Source: an uncultured Bacilli bacterium | Lineage (GTDB): Bacteria; Bacillota_I; Bacilli_A; RF39; UBA660 | DNA: 64,000 bases | Assembly (NCBI GenBank): GCA_910577505.1 | Contig: CAJTLN010000002.1 | Span: forward strand, 183,707-247,706 | Direction: 5' to 3' | In this document: one piece after another, positions 28,299 to 37,386 of the stretch | How positions within the stretch are numbered: the stretch's first letter is position 1 | Layout: each line of letters opens with the position of its first letter | Translations under genes and position numbers: made by a program | The notes under the pieces: model-generated | Told to the model about the DNA's origin: nothing | The model's database searches: none | What the model saw: the letters and a program-made list of their open reading frames with translations, nothing else

Positions 28299-29753
28299 AT
28301 GGAACGAGAAAAGAAAAACCAATATATTGTTGTTGGAATTATAATAGCTTTATTACTTCTTGTAATAGTTTTTGTAATATATTCTATTTTTATAAATGAT
28401 AAAAGGAATAAGAATGATATAAATGTTAAATTGAATCAAATATATTCTTCTGATTATAGGTTGACTTTATTAGATGAAAACTATTTTATAGGTTCTTATT
28501 CTAAAGAACCCATAAATAATAAAATAAGTGTAATAATTGATGATAAAGGTAATGAAATCGTAAAGAATATAGAAGAAATAACTTATGATAATATTTATAA
28601 AATGAAGAATGGCAATTATTTAATATATAACAATATTAATAACGTATTAAATTGCTATATATTTGATGGAGAAAAGATAAGTTATTACAATAGTTATGAT
28701 AATGTTTTATATGTTAAGCCTCTTATCTTTATAGATGATAAAAATGAGTATATTATAGGATTTGCTAGTATTGAAGAAAATGTCTTGAATATTATTAATT
28801 TGGATAGTAAAGAAAAGATGGTTTTAGAAAATAAATCTATTATTGCTGATTATAATACAGATGGAGTTTATTACACATTTAGTGATAAATATTTAGTTGT
28901 AAAAGATATTGATGGTTTGATGGGAGTTATTGATTTTAATGGAAAACAAATAATAGATTATCAATACAAAAATATTATTAATGCTAAAAATGAAACTTTT
29001 ATAGCTATATCAAATAAAGACAAATATGGAATTGTTGATATTGATAATAAAATTAAGGTTAAATTTAACTATGATGTTATAGCAAGATTTAATGAGTATT
29101 ATTTATTTGTTAAAGATAATAAGATGGCTCTATTTGACAAAAATTATAATAATGTTACTGGTTTTAAAATGAACTATGATAGTTTGATAAATTATGACTT
29201 TAGAAATAAAGTTAATAGTATAAATTTATATGGGATTGATAATAAAATAGTTGTTGTAAATAATAATATGGAATTGAATAATGGAACTGAATTTGACAAG
29301 CATAATTTATATGTTATAGAAGGAAATAATATTGAAAAAAATATAACACAAATTTATTTTAATTGTGATGAGGTTATGTATATAGTTGATAAAGAAAAAA
29401 ACATTGTTATTTTAAATAATTCTTTTGATAATATTATTGAGTTTAAAATAGATGCTTTAAAAAAAATAGATGATATAAAAATGGTATCAAATGATGTTTA
29501 TAAAGTTGATTATTTAGATGAAGAGGAAAATAAAAGAGAATTTTATATTAATAAAGAAGGGGAAAAAGTAAATTTTTCATATGGAGATATTTTGATTTAT
29601 AATGAAAAATATAGAGTTACTAAAAATGAAAATACATTAACTTTATATGATAATAATTATGAAAAAATAAGTGAAATAGTTGGGGATAATATAGTTGCTT
29701 TAAAGGAATTTATTATTGTTGATAGTTCTATATATAAAGTTATTATTTCTTAA
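28299..29753 (+). CDS. membrane-anchored protein with WG-like repeats (484 aa), paralogous to the previous gene
   Basis: Same architecture: TM, then repeated KDKYGIVDIDNKI / DNKMALFDKNY units. Confidence 0.5.
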   Translation: MEREKKNQYIVVGIIIALLLLVIVFVIYSIFINDKRNKNDINVKLNQIYSSDYRLTLLDENYFIGSYSKEPINNKISVIIDDKGNEIVKNIEEITYDNIYKMKNGNYLIYNNINNVLNCYIFDGEKISYYNSYDNVLYVKPLIFIDDKNEYIIGFASIEENVLNIINLDSKEKMVLENKSIIADYNTDGVYYTFSDKYLVVKDIDGLMGVIDFNGKQIIDYQYKNIINAKNETFIAISNKDKYGIVDIDNKIKVKFNYDVIARFNEYYLFVKDNKMALFDKNYNNVTGFKMNYDSLINYDFRNKVNSINLYGIDNKIVVVNNNMELNNGTEFDKHNLYVIEGNNIEKNITQIYFNCDEVMYIVDKEKNIVILNNSFDNIIEFKIDALKKIDDIKMVSNDVYKVDYLDEEENKREFYINKEGEKVNFSYGDILIYNEKYRVTKNENTLTLYDNNYEKISEIVGDNIVALKEFIIVDSSIYKVIIS

Positions 29754-29813
29754 GAAAGATATTTATCTTTCTTTTTTTATGATATAATTCTTATAGTAGA
29801 GAGGAGAGTAGAA

Positions 29814-30434
29814 ATGGATAAAGTAAAGATTAATTCAGGATTGGCTTCTATAATGATTGTTGCTTCTATTTTCGCTGGATGGCAAACATTATTACTTGTA
29901 GTTTTATTAATGTTTTTATTCTGTGATGTAGAAGATAAAGTTAAAGATGTAGCGATAAGAGTCATTACTTTCTATGTTGGATATTATATTGTATCTTTGG
30001 GATGGGATGTAATTGTTAATTGTGCTAATTTAGTTCTTAGAGCTATTAATTCTTTTGTAACAACATTTAATAGTTATGTTGATTCAGTTGATTATTTGAT
30101 AGCTACAAAAATAACAGCACCAATAAGTTTAGTTATTGATATAGCAAGTGGAGTAGTATCTATAATGTTTATATTAGTAAGAATTGGTTTTGTAATATCT
30201 GTATTAACAAATAAACCAGCTAGTCAAAATACATTAGTTAAGAAAATTAATGAATATGTTGCTAAGGCTTTAAATTATGTTAATGGTGTTGTAGTTAATT
30301 CTCAGACTGTAAATACGTCTGTTGCACAGACTCAAAGTCAAAATGTTGCACCAGTACAACCAGTACAAACTACTGTTGCACTACAACCACAGCAATCAGC
30401 ACAATCAACAGTTCAAAATAATAATCAACAATAA
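29814..30434 (+). CDS. integral membrane protein with a Q/V/T-rich C-terminal tail (206 aa)
   Basis: Multiple TM segments. AGAGGAGAG RBS. Terminator hairpin at 30435-30462. Confidence 0.45.
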   Translation: MDKVKINSGLASIMIVASIFAGWQTLLLVVLLMFLFCDVEDKVKDVAIRVITFYVGYYIVSLGWDVIVNCANLVLRAINSFVTTFNSYVDSVDYLIATKITAPISLVIDIASGVVSIMFILVRIGFVISVLTNKPASQNTLVKKINEYVAKALNYVNGVVVNSQTVNTSVAQTQSQNVAPVQPVQTTVALQPQQSAQSTVQNNNQQ

Positions 30435-30503
30435 AAAGCAATTACCAATTATTGCTTTTTTAATTTGAGATAAATTGAGCATCATAATAGTAGTGGTGAT
30501 GGT

Positions 30504-31475
30504 ATGAAAAAGATTTTATGGGGAATTTTGTGTTTATTAACTCCTTTTATCGTTTTTGCTTATAGCGATTATATAATACCTGGAGGGGATACTTTGGGAA
30601 TAGAAGTAAATAGTAAAGGTGTTATGGTTGTTGGTTTTTATAAAGTTAATGGGGAACTAATTAATCAAGATTTTCAAGTTGGAGATAAAATATTGAAAGT
30701 TAATAAAGAAGAAGTAATTGGGACGAAGGAATTAGTTGAACTCATAGATCAACATATGAAAAATGGGAAAGTTAATGTAACATATAGTCGTAATAATAAA
30801 GAATATGATACAGATTTAGTTTTAAGTTTATTTAATGGAAATTATAGAACTGGATTATATGTAAAAGGGAATGTTTTAGGAATTGGAACTTTGTCTTATA
30901 TAGATCCTGAAACAGGTGTTTATGGTGTTTTAGGGCATCCTCTTAATGTATCTAATACTAATCAACAAGTCGAAATAAGAGATGGATTAAGCTATGAGGC
31001 AGATGTTACTAGTTTTACCAGAAGTGTTGATGGAAATCCTGGTAGTAAAAATGCAGATATTAATAAAAGCTATGTTTTTGGAACTATAGAAAAAAATTCT
31101 AATTATGGAATATTTGGGAAAATTGAAAAGGATACAAATAAAGATAAGATGAAAGTTGGTCAACTTGATGAAGTTAGTTTAGGAAAAGCTTATATATATA
31201 CAACTAATATTGATAATGAAATAGAAAAATATGAGATTGAAATATTAGAAATTGATAAAAAAAATGTTGAAAAAAATTTATATTTTAAAATTGTTGATCA
31301 GAATTTGCTTAATATGAGTGGAGGAATAGTGCAAGGAATGAGTGGTTCACCAATTGTTCAAGATGATAAAATAATTGGGGCGGTTACCAGAGTTTTAGTT
31401 GATGATGTTGATAAAGGATATGGTATTAGTATTGTTACAATGTTAGAAGAAGGAGATAAGATTTTAAAAAAATAG
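30504..31475 (+). CDS. SpoIVB-like serine peptidase (S55) with a PDZ domain (323 aa)
   Basis: Signal peptide. PDZ region (FQVGDKILKVNKEEV). S55 catalytic signature GHPL... and GMSGSPI. Confidence 0.7.
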   Translation: MKKILWGILCLLTPFIVFAYSDYIIPGGDTLGIEVNSKGVMVVGFYKVNGELINQDFQVGDKILKVNKEEVIGTKELVELIDQHMKNGKVNVTYSRNNKEYDTDLVLSLFNGNYRTGLYVKGNVLGIGTLSYIDPETGVYGVLGHPLNVSNTNQQVEIRDGLSYEADVTSFTRSVDGNPGSKNADINKSYVFGTIEKNSNYGIFGKIEKDTNKDKMKVGQLDEVSLGKAYIYTTNIDNEIEKYEIEILEIDKKNVEKNLYFKIVDQNLLNMSGGIVQGMSGSPIVQDDKIIGAVTRVLVDDVDKGYGISIVTMLEEGDKILKK

Positions 31476-31596
31476 ACTTAGATATAAGTCTTTTTTTTGT
31501 AAATATTTTGTAATTTATAGAAATGTTAGTTAAGTTAATTTGATATGAGTATTATATTATGTTAGAATATTTTTTTGTTTGAATGGGGGATTTATT

Positions 31597-32928
31597 ATGG
31601 GAGAAAGTATATTTGTTGAATATGAAAATTTTATTAATAAGTTAAAATCAGATATTATATCCTTGCAATCTAGATTTAATATTTGTCGTTCTATTTTAAA
31701 TTATGATTATTCAAATAGTGAAATATATGAAGACGAATATAAAAGAATAATAAAAATGGGAATTGCTCAATATAGTAGAAATATTGATTCTAGATATGAA
31801 TTATCAAAAGAGCAGGTTCAATTTTTGCGTGATTTTGCAGAGATTGATAATAATGGAATGATTACTTCTCCAATTGTAAAAGCTGAATATGTAAAAAAAG
31901 TAGAACTATTAAAAAAAGTTTTTAATTCTATAAGAGTTCACAATTATTTTAATTCACTTGAAGATGGAAATATAAAAGAAGAATTAGTTAGATTGATTAC
32001 AGAATACTTTGATAAATGTAAAAAGATGGTTGATGTTGATCCTAACAATTTAAAGGAAAGAAAAAACATATTAATCAAGAGAATTTATCGTGCAGAAGGA
32101 GATTATTTAACATATTTGATAGATTTATTTTTTGGAACAGATGTTTATTATTATAAATGGTATTATAGTCGAGAATTATTAAATGAACTTGATAGTGGAT
32201 TTGTATATGATGAACATCAAAGTAATTGTAATGATTTAAATGATAATGTTAGGATATATGAAGATGTTGTAAGAGAGCAAAGTTCTTTAATTGAACAAAA
32301 AAATTTATTGATGAAAAAATTAGGTAATTTTACAAAAAGTGTTGCTGATTTAGATTTTAGTGAATTTACTAAAAAAGGCTTGTTCAATAGAATTTTTTTA
32401 TTGTTATTTAAAGAAAGAGGTAATAAAGATGATTTGTTTAGTTTGTTTGCTGAATTTTCTAGAATAGATGGGTCATTATTATTTTATAGAAAACTAAGTG
32501 AACCGAATTCGATTATTAAAGTTGCATCATGTTTTGAAAAATATTTTGATGAAACATATGGAAATGATGTTAATTATGTTGATGTTGAAACTTTTATTAG
32601 AAATATTATTGGAGATATAATTGAATGTTATCAAAATAAAATAGCTGAAGTAGATGAATTAGTATTGCAAAAACAGACAGAAATAAATCAAAATGGTGAA
32701 CTTTTATTACAAAATTCTTTAAAAGTAAAAAGAGAGGCTAAAATACAAAGAGATATTTTTATGTTACAAATTAGTGGAGAACACTACAAGATAGATGGAT
32801 TATCTTCGGAAGAAGAAAAAAGAGTTTTTGAAGATATGAGGGAATACTTAGTAGTAAATGCTGATGAGATATTAGAAGTAACTAATGAATTTGAAAGTCC
32901 TATATTGAAAAAGAAAGGTAAAAATTAA
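31597..32928 (+). CDS. hypothetical cytoplasmic protein (about 443 aa)
   Basis: Start set at the ATG preceded by GGGGGA RBS. No recognisable domain. Confidence 0.4.
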   Translation: MGESIFVEYENFINKLKSDIISLQSRFNICRSILNYDYSNSEIYEDEYKRIIKMGIAQYSRNIDSRYELSKEQVQFLRDFAEIDNNGMITSPIVKAEYVKKVELLKKVFNSIRVHNYFNSLEDGNIKEELVRLITEYFDKCKKMVDVDPNNLKERKNILIKRIYRAEGDYLTYLIDLFFGTDVYYYKWYYSRELLNELDSGFVYDEHQSNCNDLNDNVRIYEDVVREQSSLIEQKNLLMKKLGNFTKSVADLDFSEFTKKGLFNRIFLLLFKERGNKDDLFSLFAEFSRIDGSLLFYRKLSEPNSIIKVASCFEKYFDETYGNDVNYVDVETFIRNIIGDIIECYQNKIAEVDELVLQKQTEINQNGELLLQNSLKVKREAKIQRDIFMLQISGEHYKIDGLSSEEEKRVFEDMREYLVVNADEILEVTNEFESPILKKKGKN

Positions 32929-33004
32929 ATGTATATTAACTTTCTTTTTTTGTTTGATTTTTTATTTCTTATGGTATAATTTTTATAGTATAGGAGAATA
33001 TCGA

Positions 33005-34075
33005 ATGAATAAGAAGAGGACTAAAAAAAATATAAAATTTATTTTATTTATCTTAATTATGTGTATAGTAGTATTCTTTGGATATTATATTATTAAAGGC
33101 GAAAAGAATCCTATATTTGGGTTTATTAATAAAATTACAGAAAAAGAGATAGTAAAAGATAATTATAATGGAATTTATACATATTATGATGATTTAAATG
33201 GTTCAAAATTTGTTTTTAGTGGATGTTCTTTAAGTAGAATAGCTAATTATTTGTTAATTATGGATGATAATTATTATCTTTTTAGAAGTTCTTGTATGGG
33301 AACTTATCCTAAAGGAACTGGAAAAACAGATGATTTATTTATTAGACTTGATAATGATAAAAAAGATTATTTAGTTACATATGATAATAAAGTATATGAA
33401 AGAGATTATGCTACAATGAGTATTGTTCCAAACAATAATATTGAAAAGGAAATGCAGAATATAGAACTTTCTTCGTATCAACTATTTATGAGGGAAACAG
33501 AGTTTAAAGGAAATTATTATAATATACAAGATTTAAAGATTAATGGTATTTCTTCAAGTATTAAAATGTCTATATTATATAATTACGATGATAATTTTAA
33601 TTTGATATTAACTAGTGATAAGACTGGTCACACATTATATTCATATAATATTACTAATTATGATTATTTGCCAGATATGTATGCTTATGGAAAAAACGTT
33701 GTGGTAATTGAAAAGGGCAAGAATAAGAATGATTCAAATAGATTAGGATATAATTTTAAGGTAGTTAATTTAGATGGAATAGTTTATAAATTAGAAGATA
33801 TGTTTCCTATTATAATAAATGATGTAACTTTAAATTCAAATAATAGTATATTTATAACTTTTGATTCTTCTCATAGAGTATATAAATTACTAATTGGATT
33901 TGATGATAAAATGTGTGTATCTAATTATGAAGAAAGTGAAAAAGATGATATTACATATTATGAGTTTACAATAGATTATAATTATTCTATAAATGGATTT
34001 GATAAACCAAAGTTTAGCAAAATAGGAACAAAAGCAGAAGGATGCAAGTATGTTGATAGTGTAATGGGGAGGTAA
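33005..34075 (+). CDS. hypothetical membrane-anchored protein (about 356 aa)
   Basis: Start at the ATG with TAGGAGAA RBS downstream of TGgTATAAT. N-terminal TM. Confidence 0.45.
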   Translation: MNKKRTKKNIKFILFILIMCIVVFFGYYIIKGEKNPIFGFINKITEKEIVKDNYNGIYTYYDDLNGSKFVFSGCSLSRIANYLLIMDDNYYLFRSSCMGTYPKGTGKTDDLFIRLDNDKKDYLVTYDNKVYERDYATMSIVPNNNIEKEMQNIELSSYQLFMRETEFKGNYYNIQDLKINGISSSIKMSILYNYDDNFNLILTSDKTGHTLYSYNITNYDYLPDMYAYGKNVVVIEKGKNKNDSNRLGYNFKVVNLDGIVYKLEDMFPIIINDVTLNSNNSIFITFDSSHRVYKLLIGFDDKMCVSNYEESEKDDITYYEFTIDYNYSINGFDKPKFSKIGTKAEGCKYVDSVMGR

Positions 34076-34081
34076 AAATTA

Positions 34082-34396
34082 ATGGTAGAAGGTTTAATAA
34101 TAATAATAGGGCTTTGTATAGCTTTTATACCAGTAATAATGTATGTTAAATATTTATTTAGTCATATAAAACAAAAGACTAGATTTGATTATCACTTAGA
34201 GCTAGTTAAGGATAAAAAAGGAAATTTGGGAATTTATATAGCTTATATAGAAAGAATACTTTTTGGGTCTTGTATAGGACTTTTAGGAATACTAATGAGT
34301 GAGTTTTTTAGAAATGAAACTATCTTTATATCATTTGTTATTGTTCTTATTGTATATGTTATAATTAAATACTTTGACGAAAAAAATGAAAAATAA
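34082..34396 (+). CDS. small membrane protein (104 aa, 3 TM)
   Basis: Hydrophobic ORF. A terminator hairpin follows at 34401-34424. Confidence 0.4.
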   Translation: MVEGLIIIIGLCIAFIPVIMYVKYLFSHIKQKTRFDYHLELVKDKKGNLGIYIAYIERILFGSCIGLLGILMSEFFRNETIFISFVIVLIVYVIIKYFDEKNEK

Positions 34397-34461
34397 ATAA
34401 AAGAAGATGATAACTTCTTTTTTATGTGGTATAATTTTTTATAGTAGAGTGTGGATATGGA

Positions 34462-34791
34462 ATGGTTATTATGAGGTTTAAAGAAGAATTTTTAAAAGAA
34501 TTGCTAAGAAGAATTAAAGAAAACATGGATATATTGGAATCTAGTTTTGAAATATCTGATAAGACTTTTATAAAAACAAAATTGCTTAATATTGAACCTT
34601 GTGAATTTCATTTGTCTATTTTATTAGAAGACGATCCATATTTATTTATGAATAAATTAGTATACTCGATAATAAATAAACAAGAAGTAAAGGTTAGTAG
34701 TACAAATATAGCTTGCGATTTACTTCTTGAATTGGTTAATTTAATACTTGATGAATTTAAATTAGAAAGGATTGAGAAAATTGGAAACTAA
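34462..34791 (+). CDS. small hypothetical protein (109 aa)
   Basis: ORF downstream of a TGgTATAAT promoter-like element. Confidence 0.3.
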   Translation: MVIMRFKEEFLKELLRRIKENMDILESSFEISDKTFIKTKLLNIEPCEFHLSILLEDDPYLFMNKLVYSIINKQEVKVSSTNIACDLLLELVNLILDEFKLERIEKIGN

Positions 34792-34993
34792 TGTGAATTT
34801 TAGAAATGATTTAATTCTTGAATATTTAGTTCAGCTTGCTAAAGCTGAAAAAACAAGTGAATTTGAAAAGTTTTATCCTTCTTTAGAAGGATATATGGTT
34901 TCTTTAGTTGATGTAACTAAAGATGCAGCTCTTTTGAGTAAAATAAATGAGATATTAGCATTTAGAAAAAAATGTATGGGAAAACAATTATAG
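34772..34993 (+). CDS. small hypothetical protein (73 aa)
   Basis: ORF overlapping the previous one by 20 nt. Confidence 0.3.
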   Translation: MRKLETNVNFRNDLILEYLVQLAKAEKTSEFEKFYPSLEGYMVSLVDVTKDAALLSKINEILAFRKKCMGKQL

Positions 34994-35003
34994 AGGTGAT
35001 ATA

Positions 35004-35861
35004 ATGAGATGTCCTAAATGTGGCGCTTTTATGGAAGATGGCAAAAATGTTTGTCTTATGTGTGGTGTAGATGTAACAACTTATATTCCTGAAAGTAATA
35101 TGGGTGGAAATAAGTTTAATGGCGATAGTGCTTTTGGAAGTGGAAATGATTTTAGAAGTCCAAATACTTCTTCTTATAGTCCTATGGGAAATAATAACAA
35201 TAATAGATTTAATGATTATAGAAAAGCTGATTATTCGCCAGTAAAAAATGAAGATAAAGATATATTTGATAAGTATCAAGAGAATAAAAAGCTGATAAAT
35301 ACTATTTTAATATTAGTTCTTATAGGAATAATTGCTTTTGCTGGTTTTAAATATTTTGAACATAAAAATAAACCAGTAGTATTGGAACCAAAGTTTCAAA
35401 GCCTATATTTTGTAGTAGATGAGGGATTTGAGGCTGTTAAAGGTAACTCACAAGGTCAAGTTACTTATATAAAGAGTGGTAGCAAGGGGAATGCTTGTTC
35501 TATATCTATTACATCTGGGGCTTCAACTTCTGGCAATCATGTAAAGGATTATTTTAAAGCTAGAAAAGATGCTTTAGAACCTGAATTAGATTCTAGTGGA
35601 AAAGTTGTAAATGAATTGGATGTTTATACAGCACAAGAAGGTGACTTTAAACTTAACAGTTCGGATTGGTATTATTTAAATATATTTTATAAAGCAACTG
35701 CTAGTAGTAAAGATGCAACTGTATTAAAATATAAATATTTAACTTCTTTATATAAAGGTTATTATTATGATATAGAATTAGTCAATAATAGTAATGATGC
35801 TTCGTGTAGTGCTTCTTTAGATAATTTTGCTAGTTCTTTAAAATTCGTTGAAAAAGAGTAG
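35004..35861 (+). CDS. zinc-ribbon N-terminal, single-pass membrane protein (285 aa)
   Basis: MRCPKCGAFMEDGKNVCLMCG zinc ribbon, low-complexity linker, TM, then an extracellular domain ending SCSASLDNFASSLKF. Confidence 0.55.
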   Translation: MRCPKCGAFMEDGKNVCLMCGVDVTTYIPESNMGGNKFNGDSAFGSGNDFRSPNTSSYSPMGNNNNNRFNDYRKADYSPVKNEDKDIFDKYQENKKLINTILILVLIGIIAFAGFKYFEHKNKPVVLEPKFQSLYFVVDEGFEAVKGNSQGQVTYIKSGSKGNACSISITSGASTSGNHVKDYFKARKDALEPELDSSGKVVNELDVYTAQEGDFKLNSSDWYYLNIFYKATASSKDATVLKYKYLTSLYKGYYYDIELVNNSNDASCSASLDNFASSLKFVEKE

Positions 35862-35871
35862 GAGGTGACTT

Positions 35872-37020
35872 ATGAAAAAATGCCCAAAGTGTGGAACTAT
35901 TTTGGATGATTCTAAGAAAAAATGTTATATGTGTGGTGCTGATCTATTAAGAAGTTCTATAACTAATTTTGGGGATTCTTTCAATGAACAGATTGGTGCA
36001 ACAGTTACAACTAGTCAAGATAATGTTTTTAATAATGTTGAAAATATAACTGCTAAAGTAGATGATGTTGTAAGTAATAATGATAATGCTACTTTTTCAC
36101 AACAATCTTCTGTAGATTTTTTTAAAAATGAAATGAGTGGTCTTAACTCTTTACAATATGATGATAGAACACCATTGGAGAAAATTTTTACAAATGATTC
36201 AAAATATCGAGAAAAAGATGAAATAGATGCGGAATCTGCAATGAAAAATAATAATCAAAGTCCGATTATTCAAAATAATCCATCTCCACCAACTGGTCCA
36301 TTCGTTCCACCTGCTGACAATAATGTACCAGTTACTGATATTAATAATCAAAATGCAACTGTTAATTTGGTTGATACGTTAACTAAAAAGAAAAAAGAAA
36401 AAAAAGTCAATCCACAGATTAATTGGGGAAATAATCTTACTAAAGCAAATGAAGGTGGATTTTGGGATTTTAAAAATAAAAAATCTGGTATTAGTATGAG
36501 TTTTATTGTTAATATAGCATGTTTTATTTTATTTGTAGTAGGAATTGTTTTTGTGTATTTTAATTTTATAAAGTCTAAAGATAATGGTAATAGTTCTTTT
36601 GGAGGACTTAATTATAAATTAGATGAAAAATTCGAATTAAAGACAGACAATGCTAATAGTAGATACTATATTAATGGTGATAATTGTACAATAAGAATAA
36701 ATTATGGAGCTGCTAGTGGTGGTGATGGTTTTATTGAAAGTTACTATGAAGGAATAAAGTCTACTTATGAAAATCAACCTGGATATACAACAGCTACAGA
36801 AAAAATGCAAATTAATGGAAATGTCTGGTCTGAATTAAATGTTGTTGAAATAAAAGGAGATAGTAATAATAGTTCTGGTTATACGACAGCTACTAAATTT
36901 AGACATACTTCAATTGTTTATAATGCTAACTTTTATGATATAGTTTATACTAATCTTGATAATGATTCTGAGTGTACAGCAATGTATAAGAAATTCACGA
37001 GTTCGTTAACTTTTGATTAG
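35872..37020 (+). CDS. zinc-ribbon N-terminal, single-pass membrane protein (382 aa), paralog of the previous gene
   Basis: MKKCPKCGTILDDSKKKCYMCG, TM, and a C-terminal domain ending ECTAMYKKFTSSLTF. Confidence 0.55.
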   Translation: MKKCPKCGTILDDSKKKCYMCGADLLRSSITNFGDSFNEQIGATVTTSQDNVFNNVENITAKVDDVVSNNDNATFSQQSSVDFFKNEMSGLNSLQYDDRTPLEKIFTNDSKYREKDEIDAESAMKNNNQSPIIQNNPSPPTGPFVPPADNNVPVTDINNQNATVNLVDTLTKKKKEKKVNPQINWGNNLTKANEGGFWDFKNKKSGISMSFIVNIACFILFVVGIVFVYFNFIKSKDNGNSSFGGLNYKLDEKFELKTDNANSRYYINGDNCTIRINYGAASGGDGFIESYYEGIKSTYENQPGYTTATEKMQINGNVWSELNVVEIKGDSNNSSGYTTATKFRHTSIVYNANFYDIVYTNLDNDSECTAMYKKFTSSLTFD

Positions 37021-37123
37021 AGATAATTAATATCTCTTTTTTTATTAAATATTTTAATTATAAATCTTTTTAAGTTATATAAAATATGTTATTATATATA
37101 TTAGGATAGTAGGGGATGATAGG

Positions 37124-37384
37124 ATGAATATTAGTAAAGAATCTTTAAATGCGTTAAAAATTAAATTAGAAAAAGATTATGATAAGCTAGAAAAAGAAAT
37201 TGTTAAATTATCTTCATGTGATAATAAAAAAGAAGAAATAGATAAAAAAGTTCAATTACAAATGATGATTGATGAACAATTAGATTATATTGATAATATT
37301 ATTAATTATCTTGATAAAGTGCCTAGATTATATGAAAAACTATTAAGAACGAGTGAAAAATATGATCAGATGGTAGGTGTTTAA
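37124..37384 (+). CDS. small coiled-coil protein (86 aa)
   Basis: ORF with GGGGATGA RBS. Heptad-like K/E-rich sequence. Confidence 0.35.
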   Translation: MNISKESLNALKIKLEKDYDKLEKEIVKLSSCDNKKEEIDKKVQLQMMIDEQLDYIDNIINYLDKVPRLYEKLLRTSEKYDQMVGV

Positions 37385-37386
37385 TT

